A DNA stretch of 32,000 bases from Guillardia theta nucleomorph (GCA_000002975.1 AJ010592.2:60001-92000), one strand, 5' to 3'. Positions 7,897 through 16,175 are shown, numbered from the stretch's first letter. Numbers and translations: made by a program. Notes: a model not told the origin generated them from the sequence alone.

Positions 7897-8460
7897 TTAA
7901 AATATATTTAATTTCTCCATAACTATTATTATAATTATAATTATATCAAATAATTCTGTAAAAAATAGCATCCTTCGAACAAATCTTATCTCTGTTCCTA
8001 TCATTTTGTCCATACGTTGTATTTTTTTCATTCTATCTCTTGGATTTCCTGATCCAGAACCATATTTTGTTAAAAATTTTTTGACAAACCAATCATTCAG
8101 TGTTGTTCCGGTAATTAACCATATTCCTAGTCTAAAAGTACATAATTCAAGTTCATCAAATTTCATGAAAGGGGGAATTGTGATAAAGTTGGAGGATACG
8201 TTTAATGTAATCGCGTAAATGGTAACGAGTAATCCAATTAAACTCATTTGTACTCCATAATTACATCTTGAAACACTACCATACGCAAAACAGTATGTCT
8301 TTCCATGAACTCTAAATCTAAGTTTATCAAAAATAACCCCAAAAATTTGAGATGATGTAAAAATTTCTAATGAGTAGAAAAAAATTCTTGAAAATGAAAA
8401 TATATTAGGAATGTCACTTTTTCTAACAATCTTTGACAAAAATAAATTATTAAATTGCAT
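7897..8460 (-). CDS. Four-TM membrane protein, synaptogyrin/MARVEL-like
   Basis: IFGVI...C-x8-CNYGV...L.L.V...D.....F..GIW......LNDW pattern plus four hydrophobic segments. Confidence 0.65.
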   Translation of the reverse strand: MQFNNLFLSKIVRKSDIPNIFSFSRIFFYSLEIFTSSQIFGVIFDKLRFRVHGKTYCFAYGSVSRCNYGVQMSLIGLLVTIYAITLNVSSNFITIPPFMKFDELELCTFRLGIWLITGTTLNDWFVKKFLTKYGSGSGNPRDRMKKIQRMDKMIGTEIRFVRRMLFFTELFDIIIIIIIVMEKLNIF

Positions 8461-8534
8461 TTTTATTGGTATCCGTTTATAAAATGATTTTAATAATCTA
8501 TAAAGTATAAAAATTTAATTATATTTATTTTATA

Positions 8535-8924
8535 ATGTTAGATATAAATGATAATATTGTTTTAAAAACTAAAAAATTTAAAAATAATCCGCTATTAAAA
8601 AGAAAACAATTTTTGTTAAGCATTGATCGTAAAAAAAAATTTAATATCTCTAAGGAATGGCTTCGAATAGAGCTTTCTAAATACTATAGAATCAAAGACC
8701 CTTCTTTAATATTTATTTTTGGACTTAAAAATAACTTTGGTGGTTTTAAATGTTCTGCCTTTGTATACATTTATTATAATTTGGAAGCTGCAAGGGTTAA
8801 CGAGCCGAAACATAGATTGATAAAAAATAATTTAATGAAACTTGAATTACAGTCATCAAAGCAAAGAAAAGAAAAGAAAAACAAAATGAAAAAATATTTT
8901 GGTAACAAAAACAAAAGTTTTTAA
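8535..8924 (+). CDS. rps24: 40S ribosomal protein S24 (eS24)
   Basis: NPLLKRKQF, IFIFGLKNNFGG, EPKHRL, KQRKEKKNKMKK. Confidence 0.95.
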   Translation: MLDINDNIVLKTKKFKNNPLLKRKQFLLSIDRKKKFNISKEWLRIELSKYYRIKDPSLIFIFGLKNNFGGFKCSAFVYIYYNLEAARVNEPKHRLIKNNLMKLELQSSKQRKEKKNKMKKYFGNKNKSF

Positions 8925-8933
8925 TTTATAAAT

Positions 8934-9227
8934 TTATTCAAGTACTATTTTTCTAGAAAGCTGTCTATTATCTTTAAAGCCGTTGTCTTTATCAAGTTTT
9001 ATAAAATGATTGAATATTCTAAATCCAGATAAGACTTTAAATGATAATTCAAAATTAAAATCAAAAAAATATTCTACAAAACAAAAACCACATGGTAAAA
9101 GTGTTTTATTATTTATTCCTATTATTAATCTTTTAATCTTACCTAATCTTGAAAAAAAATACCATAAAAAATTTTCTTTCAATTTTTTTGACAAACTACC
9201 TACATAAATAGTTTTTGAAAGTTTCAT
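8934..9227 (-). CDS. cbp20: Cap-binding protein CBP20, RRM core only
   Basis: SKTIYVGSLS, IKRLIIG.N..T..PCGFCFVEY, D.D.GFK..RQ. Confidence 0.88.
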   Translation of the reverse strand: MKLSKTIYVGSLSKKLKENFLWYFFSRLGKIKRLIIGINNKTLLPCGFCFVEYFFDFNFELSFKVLSGFRIFNHFIKLDKDNGFKDNRQLSRKIVLE

Positions 9228-9271
9228 TATTTAATACTACCGTTTTAACAATATTTGTAAAAGAAATTAAT

Positions 9272-9982
9272 TTAAATATTTATTTGCTGTAAAAAATTTT
9301 TTACACTTATTACACATTCGAAATTTAACTCATGAAATTTAATATTTGAAAATTCATATATAAGTTCTTTTATATCATCGAAAAAAATTTTATTCCAATC
9401 AAATAAACTTTTTTTTTTTTTATATTCCTTTAATGTCTTTTTTTCAAAAGATTTTGATATTAAACAGATATACTTAACGTCGATGTTGTATAAAGTTAAA
9501 AGATTTGTCATTTGTAACAGAGGATTTAGAATTTTATCGTAAAAATAAATACAATCAAACAAATGGATTACAATAATCTTATATTTTAAAATTTTTAAAC
9601 GTTTAAGTAGCTTTTGAAACCATATAGAACACGAAAAGGTTTCAGTTTGTCCAGGAAAATCTACAAGTATAACATTAGGATTTGTTTTGAAGATTAAAAA
9701 TAATATTTTTTTTTCAATAAAATCATAGTTTTTTTCAAAAAAAAACAATGAAAGTACAATTGATCCGTTATATCCGAGTAAAGTTTCGGATATAATTTCA
9801 TCTTTGTTCGTAATTTCATCAAAGTTATAAAAATTTCCACAAATATTTGAAAAAATAGTATCTAATGTAAAAATAATAACTTTTTGGTTATTGAATTCGT
9901 ATATTTTTTTAATGTTACTACAATATGTGGATTTACCAGCTCCCGGAGAACCGATTACTATTTGTACATATTTTTCTTCCAT
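9272..9982 (-). CDS. GPN-loop GTPase (GPN2/GPN3 type), diverged
   Basis: QIVIGSPGAGKSTYC, LGYNG in place of LGPNG, DFPGQTE. Confidence 0.85.
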   Translation of the reverse strand: MEEKYVQIVIGSPGAGKSTYCSNIKKIYEFNNQKVIIFTLDTIFSNICGNFYNFDEITNKDEIISETLLGYNGSIVLSLFFFEKNYDFIEKKILFLIFKTNPNVILVDFPGQTETFSCSIWFQKLLKRLKILKYKIIVIHLFDCIYFYDKILNPLLQMTNLLTLYNIDVKYICLISKSFEKKTLKEYKKKKSLFDWNKIFFDDIKELIYEFSNIKFHELNFECVISVKNFLQQINI

Positions 9983-9984
9983 AA

Positions 9985-10075
9985 TCCCGTGTGGTCTAGA
10001 GGTTATGATGTCTGGTTACAATCAGATTTCATTTATAATCCCAGAAGATCACGAGTTCGATTCTCGTCACGGGAG
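9985..10075 (+). tRNA. trnE: tRNA-Glu(TTC) with two anticodon-loop insertions (alternative reading: ACA anticodon with one 18-nt intron)
   Basis: TCCCGTG TG GTCT AGAGGTT ATGATG TCTGG T[TACAATCAGA]T-TTC-A[TTTATAAT]C CCAGA AGATC ACGAG TTCGATT CTCGT CACGGGA G; Glu-type body; T6 run follows. Confidence 0.75.
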
Positions 10076-10127
10076 ATTTTTTGTATGAGTTCTTATTGTG
10101 GTTAATTTTATTACTGTTATATAAATA

Positions 10128-11315
10128 ATGTTTATAAATTCATTTTGTCTTAAAAATTTATTACCTGTATTCTCAAAAAATAAAACATTTTTACTAAATG
10201 TAAAATGTTTATCTAATAATAAATTTGAAAATCATTCAAATTTTTTCAAAATAAACAGAACAAAATTTATTAACTATTTGTTATATCCAACTTTAACCTC
10301 ATTATATCCTAAATTCACTCATGCAAATACAACATCATGGACTAAAGTGGATTTACCTGTGGACAGTGTTCTTTTCGATATTGAATTTACTGATCCTGAA
10401 TGTAAACACGGATGGTTAGTTGGCTCTAAAGGAACATTTTTAGAAACAGATGATGGTGGAAACACTTGGGTACCTAGGACCTTCGCAAATTTAGATCCTG
10501 ATGAAGAACTGACCTACAGATTTGAAAATATTAGTTTTGAAGGACAAGAAGGCTGGGTAATCGGAAAACCAGCAATCATTCTTTATACAAAAGATGGAGG
10601 AAAGACTTGGTTTAGAGTGCCTGTTTCTCCAAAATTACCAGGCGAACCTTGTTTAATCAAAGCATTGGGATCTGAAAGTGCAGAACTAACAACAACATCG
10701 GGTGCAATATATGTTACAAATAATGCAGGAAGAAATTGGAAAGCACAAGTTAAAGAAACTATAGACTCTACACTTAATAGAACTATATCTAGTGGCGTAT
10801 CTGGAGCTTCTTATTTTACAGGTAATGTAATAAATGTAATTAGAAATAGTGAAGGAAAATATTTAGCAATTTCCAGTAGAGGTAATTTTTATTTAACATG
10901 GGAGCCAGGTCAAGATTTCTGGATACCTCGTGCAAGAGAGACTTCAAGAAGAATACAATCTATGGGTTTTATCCAAAATGATAACCAAAAAGGAATTTGG
11001 ATGTCAACCAGAGGAGGAGGTTTAAGTGTATCTACTAAAAATTTTGACTTTGAATCGATTAGTAGTTTTAATTTTGAAAATATTGACATTAAAACTGGTG
11101 GATATGGAATTTTAGATGCTGCTTTTGTAAACGACAAAGATATCTGGATAATTTGTGGAGGTGGAATAGTGTATAATTCAACTGACAAGGGAAAAAATTG
11201 GACTAAAGTAGATGGAATAGATAAACTTTCTGGTAATCTTTATAAGATAAAATTTGTCAATAATAATAAGGGATTTATTTTAGGATCAAATGGACTATTG
11301 TTAAGATATCAATAG
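10128..11315 (+). CDS. hcf136: PSII assembly factor HCF136/Ycf48, plastid-targeted
   Basis: BNR repeats (TDDGGNTW, TKDGGKTW), eukaryote-type NRTISSGVSGASYFTG insertion, SSRGNFY, RRIQSMGF; N-terminal presequence. Confidence 0.97.
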   Translation: MFINSFCLKNLLPVFSKNKTFLLNVKCLSNNKFENHSNFFKINRTKFINYLLYPTLTSLYPKFTHANTTSWTKVDLPVDSVLFDIEFTDPECKHGWLVGSKGTFLETDDGGNTWVPRTFANLDPDEELTYRFENISFEGQEGWVIGKPAIILYTKDGGKTWFRVPVSPKLPGEPCLIKALGSESAELTTTSGAIYVTNNAGRNWKAQVKETIDSTLNRTISSGVSGASYFTGNVINVIRNSEGKYLAISSRGNFYLTWEPGQDFWIPRARETSRRIQSMGFIQNDNQKGIWMSTRGGGLSVSTKNFDFESISSFNFENIDIKTGGYGILDAAFVNDKDIWIICGGGIVYNSTDKGKNWTKVDGIDKLSGNLYKIKFVNNNKGFILGSNGLLLRYQ

Positions 11316-11341
11316 ATTTTTAAAAATAATATTTGTAATTT

Positions 11342-11455
11342 TTATCCACAAGTATTGGGTGAATAACAAAAAAAAAAATTTAAAAAGTAATTATTCAGAT
11401 GTTACTGAAATAAGTAATTTACATTAAGATCTTAGCATAAAATCTACTATAATTA
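11342..11455 (-). ncRNA. U2: U2 snRNA, short and highly diverged (ends approximate)
   Basis: Minus strand in order: stem I UAGUA/UGCUA with U-rich loop; GCUAAGAUC (11436-11428); UAAU-GUAA-AUUA; stem IIa UUCAG-UAACAU-CUGAA; Sm-type AAU11G; 8-bp 3' hairpin UUAUUCAC/GUGGAUAA. Confidence 0.8.
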
Positions 11456-11545
11456 AAACAATAATTAGTTAGTTTTATAATTAAGTTAAAAGTTGTAAAA
11501 TATAACAAATAAATTAGTATTTTTAGTTTAATATATATCAAAACT

Positions 11546-13093
11546 ATGAAAAATTTGATATCAGAAAATGTTTCAATTGAAAATGGAATTGAAAATTTAA
11601 TTTATAATAATATAAATGCATGTCTTAAATTAAAAGATTTAATTTTTTCATCTTTTGGACCGTTTGGGAAAAAAAAAATGCTATTTAATAAAGAAAGAAA
11701 ATTGACTTTGACATCAGAAACCTCCACAATATTTGAATCATTAAAATTTATTCATCCATCATCTAAACTCATTACTTCTTATATTTTTTACCAGGATAAA
11801 GAGTTTGGAGACGGATCGGGTCTTTTGTTTTTGTTAAGTTGTGAAATATTAGAGAAATCATTGTATTTAATCAAAAAAGGTTTTTTTACTTATCAACTCA
11901 TCAATTGTTTAAAAAACATTGAAAAAATTTCATTAAAAATATTAGAACAACTTGCAATATATAAAATTAAAGATGCATCTAATTTTAATACGATTTCTTC
12001 AATTCTCTCAGTGTCTTTTTTTCCTTTAATACAGGAACAATCTTATTTTATATCCCCACAAGTTGCGTATGCTTGCATAAAGATTATCAATGAAAAAAAT
12101 TTTAAACTTTCATATGATAACATAAGAGTAGTAAAGATATTGGGTGGAGATATCAAAGATACAAAAACCATAGCTGGTTCTGTACTTTTAAAAGATTCAG
12201 AAAATAACATTAAAAACATTGAACATGCAAAAATTGTTATTTTTATTTCTAATTTTGATTTTTTGGAAGTAGAAACAAAAAAAAAAATGCGCATAAATAA
12301 ATGGGAAGATATTTTAGAACTAGAAAAAATTGAAACACGCGCTTTAGAAAAAAAAGTTTATATGTTAAGGAATAAAGGTATAAATTTAGTAATTGCATCT
12401 AGTTTTTCAGAAAAGTCAATTTATTTTTTAAATAAACATCAAATAATGGCAATTAAAATTAATTCCAAATTTGATCTTCAGAGAATTGCCAAAACTACAA
12501 ACTCCATTGTTCTTACCAAATTTAAAGTTCCAGATGATGACGAAATAGGCTACTGTAAGAAAGTTTATGTTAAAAGTCTTGAAACTCAAAAAATAACAAT
12601 ATTTCAACAAAATTTTGACCAGTGTGAATTATGCACTATATTACTTAGAGGTAATACAAACGTCATACTAAATAACTTGGAAAAGTGTGTATTTAAGGGT
12701 ATATCATTATTCAAGAGTATCATGAGAGACGAGCGATTTGTACCAGGTAACGGATTGACTGAATATGAAATATTTTTAAAGCTTTTAGAATATAGTAATA
12801 AATCAATCAATTCAGAGGTTTTTATTACTTATTCTGAATGCTTTAAAAATATTCATAAATATTTAATAAATTTACAAAAAGACCTCCGACGTGAACTGAC
12901 TTTTGAAAGTTATTTTACATATAGAGAAAATGTAAATTTACATTCACAAAATCAAACTTTAAAAAAGTTTCCATACCAAAAAAGTGTTAAGATATGGGAC
13001 CATTATTCTACTAAATACTGGTCAATTAAAAATGCATTTGAATGTTCTTCAATTATATTAATGATAGATCAAGTCATAATGTCAAAAGAATAA
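11546..13093 (+). CDS. cct8: Chaperonin CCT subunit theta (CCT8)
   Basis: SSFGPFGKKKM, EFGDGS, DNIRVVKILGG, SKFDLQRI, KYWSIKNA...IDQVIMSK. Confidence 0.92.
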   Translation: MKNLISENVSIENGIENLIYNNINACLKLKDLIFSSFGPFGKKKMLFNKERKLTLTSETSTIFESLKFIHPSSKLITSYIFYQDKEFGDGSGLLFLLSCEILEKSLYLIKKGFFTYQLINCLKNIEKISLKILEQLAIYKIKDASNFNTISSILSVSFFPLIQEQSYFISPQVAYACIKIINEKNFKLSYDNIRVVKILGGDIKDTKTIAGSVLLKDSENNIKNIEHAKIVIFISNFDFLEVETKKKMRINKWEDILELEKIETRALEKKVYMLRNKGINLVIASSFSEKSIYFLNKHQIMAIKINSKFDLQRIAKTTNSIVLTKFKVPDDDEIGYCKKVYVKSLETQKITIFQQNFDQCELCTILLRGNTNVILNNLEKCVFKGISLFKSIMRDERFVPGNGLTEYEIFLKLLEYSNKSINSEVFITYSECFKNIHKYLINLQKDLRRELTFESYFTYRENVNLHSQNQTLKKFPYQKSVKIWDHYSTKYWSIKNAFECSSIILMIDQVIMSKE

Positions 13094-13108
13094 ATTCAAT
13101 TTATGTCT

Positions 13109-13522
13109 TTAAATTAAGTTGTCTTTTACATAATGTGGTTTTTTTGAATTTAATGATTTAATAAGATGGTTATTTTGTATCGGAGAGCTCATCCATCTAG
13201 ATGTATCCTCTATTTCAAACATAACTTGCTTTGCCTTTTCAATCTTTTCACCTATGTAAATTTTAGCAAGACCTTTTATTGCAATAATTAAGGGATCCAT
13301 AGAGGTAATGTTTTTTAAAACAACATTACTTTGACTGATTATCTTTTTTATCTTCTCCTTTTTCAAATCAGATCTTCTAAAAATTCCATATCGCATTAGT
13401 TGAAATCGGGTTAACTTATTTATTTTTTCGTAGTCTCGGTTTTTGAAATTACCTATTTTTAATTCATTGATGTGTTCTCCAATTTCTTTATTTTTATGTT
13501 TATGGTTTTTTAAAGGCCACAT
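13109..13522 (-). CDS. taf11: TFIID subunit TAF11
   Basis: QLMRYGIFRRS.L.K..IKKII...IAIKGLAKIYIGE.IE.A..V...PIQ..HL matches the TAF11 histone fold. Confidence 0.88.
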   Translation of the reverse strand: MWPLKNHKHKNKEIGEHINELKIGNFKNRDYEKINKLTRFQLMRYGIFRRSDLKKEKIKKIISQSNVVLKNITSMDPLIIAIKGLAKIYIGEKIEKAKQVMFEIEDTSRWMSSPIQNNHLIKSLNSKKPHYVKDNLI

Positions 13523-13561
13523 AGGTAAAATCTAATATACATACATTAGTATGTACAATAT

Positions 13562-13870
13562 TTATTTTCTATTTAATTCAATAAATTGATTTCCATTCAA
13601 ATTTCTTGTAATTAATGATATTTTGTTTTGTTTCCAAGAAGCTAAGAATATACCTTCGGGTTTAGGTCTTATAATTCTAACAATGAAACTACCAGAAGAT
13701 TTTTTTCTATTACCCAAAAAATATTGTAATCCTTCTTCATTAGTCTTTTCGTCGTAAATCATAACAAATTTATTTTTATTTAATCTTGAAAATTTACCAA
13801 AGCTTGAACCGAACTCTATTGCATCTGCACATTTAGGATGTCTTGCTTTCTCCACTAATTGATCGTACAT
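13562..13870 (-). CDS. Hypothetical protein; possibly has a 5' micro-exon starting at 13901
   Basis: 102-codon ORF with balanced amino-acid composition (G, A, P, R present); no family recognised. Confidence 0.6.
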   Translation of the reverse strand: MYDQLVEKARHPKCADAIEFGSSFGKFSRLNKNKFVMIYDEKTNEEGLQYFLGNRKKSSGSFIVRIIRPKPEGIFLASWKQNKISLITRNLNGNQFIELNRK

Positions 13871-13929
13871 TGTTTATATTACAAAACTCACAAAAAAACA
13901 TGCAATTTTTCTTGATATTATATGCGAAT

Positions 13930-14682
13930 TCAATTTCTCCATGCACTAAAACTTCTTAAAAAAATTTTTAAATTATTATTGAAACAATTCTTCGTAAAAA
14001 TTGGATCAATATTAATATAAATGAACTTTTTCGAAACTTGATTTGCTAATCTCGATTCGTTTTGAAACTTTTCAACTTTTTGATTGATGTTATAATTACA
14101 AATTTTACATACCTCATTGAAAAAATTTTCATTTGAATTTCTCAAAATAAATTTGCTGTGATTGTGTAAAATTCTAGATTCATACTTATAAATCAAAAAG
14201 TTTCCTCCGAATTTAATACCCGATTTTAAGTTTGAATTCATTAAATTAAATTTTCTGTAAAGAAAGTAATTCCAAATGAATTCTGGATGATGACTAAAGA
14301 ATAATAAAATTATATCTTTAACTGAGAATAAATTAAAATTATCTATTATAAAAGTATTCAATTTTTTTTGTATATCTATATGATTAAGCAATAAGTATTC
14401 TTTGTAATTTTCGATTTTTTTCAAAAATCCAAATTTTGAAAACATTCTACCTATTTTTCCAACCGAATTATAAGAAGGATTAGGAATTAAATGAAGAGGT
14501 TCGGATCTTGAGAAAAATCCTTTACCAAAATTTTTGGGATTTTTATTCCAACCTAAATAAATTGAAGCTCTGCATCTTATTTTGAATATTTCTTTTTCGA
14601 ATCTTAGATGTGAGTTTTTAAGTTTAAGTGATTCTTTTTGTGATAGTATACCCCAGACTCTAATTTTAAAGTTATAGAATAT
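13930..14682 (-). CDS. sen2: tRNA-splicing endonuclease catalytic subunit, Sen2-type; true start upstream of ATG 14445 and uncertain
   Basis: Catalytic region SGIKFGGNFLIY...HS...RLANQVSKK (Tyr/His/Lys triad). The frame stays open to 14718 and encodes FGKGFFSRSEP at 14529-14497. Confidence 0.85.
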   Translation of the reverse strand: MFYNFKIRVWGILSQKESLKLKNSHLRFEKEIFKIRCRASIYLGWNKNPKNFGKGFFSRSEPLHLIPNPSYNSVGKIGRMFSKFGFLKKIENYKEYLLLNHIDIQKKLNTFIIDNFNLFSVKDIILLFFSHHPEFIWNYFLYRKFNLMNSNLKSGIKFGGNFLIYKYESRILHNHSKFILRNSNENFFNEVCKICNYNINQKVEKFQNESRLANQVSKKFIYINIDPIFTKNCFNNNLKIFLRSFSAWRN

Positions 14683-14702
14683 TAAGCGGAAACAACTTTG
14701 TA

Positions 14703-15890
14703 ATGATTTTAAAAAATTTTATCAATGAAAAGTTTATTTTGAAGAAGTATCTTAAGGAATTAACAAAAAAAAAAATTTATAAAGAAAAAAATATTTCTTT
14801 GATAAATCAAATTAATCAATTAAGTGAACAGAAAAAAAATATTGAATCTAAATCTAAAAACATTAATCAGATAGGATTTTTAGTAGGTGATTTAATAAAA
14901 AAAATAGGTAAAAATAGGTTTATAGTTAAAGCACCAACAGGAACAAATTATATTGTGTCCTGTGAAAACAGGATCAATTGTGATATTTTAAATAATAACG
15001 ATAGAGTAGCATTGGACCCCTCAACTTTAACAATTATGAAAGTAATAAAAAATAAAGTTGACCCGATAATCGAAGAGATGATGAAAAGTTCTAACAAAAA
15101 AGTAGAATTATATCATGTTGGAGGCCTTGAAAAACAAATTAAACAAATAAAAGAATTAATAGAACTTCCTTTTCTTAACCCATCACTTTTTAAACAATGT
15201 GGAATTAAAATTCCCAGAGGTTTGCTTTTATATGGTCCCCCAGGTACTGGTAAAACTTTATTGGCTAGATATATATCGTGTTCTATCGATTCTATTTTTT
15301 TAAAAATTGTTGGGAGTGCAATAGTTGACAAGTATATTGGCGAATCAGCAAGAATAATTCGAGAAATCTACAATTTTGCAAAATTTCAAAAAAGATGCAT
15401 TATATTTATCGATGAGGTTGATGCAATTGGAGGAAAACGATTTTCCGAGGGGAGTTCAGCGGATAGAGAAATCCATAGAACTTTAATTGAATTACTGAAT
15501 CAGCTTGATGGTTATGATCAGTATGAAAATATAAAAACTATAATGGCAACAAATAGACCTGACATTTTAGACCCAGCACTATTAAGACCTGGTAGACTTG
15601 ATAGAAAAATATTAATTCCACTACCAAATAGAGATGGACTTTCAAGTATATTAAAAATTTATTTCAAAAGGTTGAACAAGAAAGGTTCGATTGATATCAA
15701 TAAAATAATTAAAATTTGTAAATATTATAATGGTGCTGATATAAGAAATCTTTGTACAGAAGCAGGTTTATTTAGTATTCGGAACGAAAGAGATTTTGTG
15801 ATTGAAGATGATTTTATAAAAGCTGTACAAAAAATTAACAAAAGCAAAGATTTTGATATAAGTGAGAATTTAAATAATTCAATTGGTTAA
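14703..15890 (+). CDS. rpt4: 26S proteasome AAA ATPase Rpt4
   Basis: GPPGTGKT, SAIVDKYIGESARIIRE, GGKRFSEGSSADREI, LLRPGRLDRK. Confidence 0.95.
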   Translation: MILKNFINEKFILKKYLKELTKKKIYKEKNISLINQINQLSEQKKNIESKSKNINQIGFLVGDLIKKIGKNRFIVKAPTGTNYIVSCENRINCDILNNNDRVALDPSTLTIMKVIKNKVDPIIEEMMKSSNKKVELYHVGGLEKQIKQIKELIELPFLNPSLFKQCGIKIPRGLLLYGPPGTGKTLLARYISCSIDSIFLKIVGSAIVDKYIGESARIIREIYNFAKFQKRCIIFIDEVDAIGGKRFSEGSSADREIHRTLIELLNQLDGYDQYENIKTIMATNRPDILDPALLRPGRLDRKILIPLPNRDGLSSILKIYFKRLNKKGSIDINKIIKICKYYNGADIRNLCTEAGLFSIRNERDFVIEDDFIKAVQKINKSKDFDISENLNNSIG

Positions 15891-15895
15891 CTGCA

Positions 15896-16135
15896 ATGAG
15901 TGAATTTTCTATTGACAGTATATTAAGAGAATCAAAACCTTATGTAATTACAATCGAATGCAAGAATGGTTTTATCTACAGGGGAAAATTGATACATATT
16001 GAGGAAAATATGAATTGTATTTTAAAAGAAGCGTTTGTGATTAAGAAAAAAAAAGTTCAAAAATTAACCTTAGTATTTTTAAGAGGTAGTAATATTTCTA
16101 TGTTCATAATTCCTGACATTTTGATACATTTTTAA
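15896..16135 (+). CDS. snrpD3: snRNP Sm protein D3 (no RG tail)
   Basis: L.ES...VITIE...G.IYRGKL...EENMNC.L, VFLRGS.I.MFIIPDIL. Confidence 0.9.
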   Translation: MSEFSIDSILRESKPYVITIECKNGFIYRGKLIHIEENMNCILKEAFVIKKKKVQKLTLVFLRGSNISMFIIPDILIHF

Positions 16136-16175
16136 TTAAATTTTAAAACTAATAACAACATAATTTAATACAGAC

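Noticed and set aside
8484-8541. Possible 5' intron in rps24 (GTATAA...TTAG after ATG 8484)
   Set aside because: Splicing would be out of frame, and ATG 8535 already gives a full-length S24.
9884-10105. Two short + strand ORFs (65 and 73 aa)
   Set aside because: They lie over the antisense GPN gene start and the tRNA-Glu gene; open frames result from the higher GC there.
11421-11440. + strand AAGATCTTAGCAT resembling U6 AAGAUUAGCAU
   Set aside because: No ACAGAGA box or internal stem-loop; better explained as the complement of the U2 segment that pairs with U6.
13538-13555. Perfect 7-bp inverted repeat TACATAC-ATTA-GTATGTA upstream of taf11
   Set aside because: Short, AT-rich and single-copy; cannot be told from chance.
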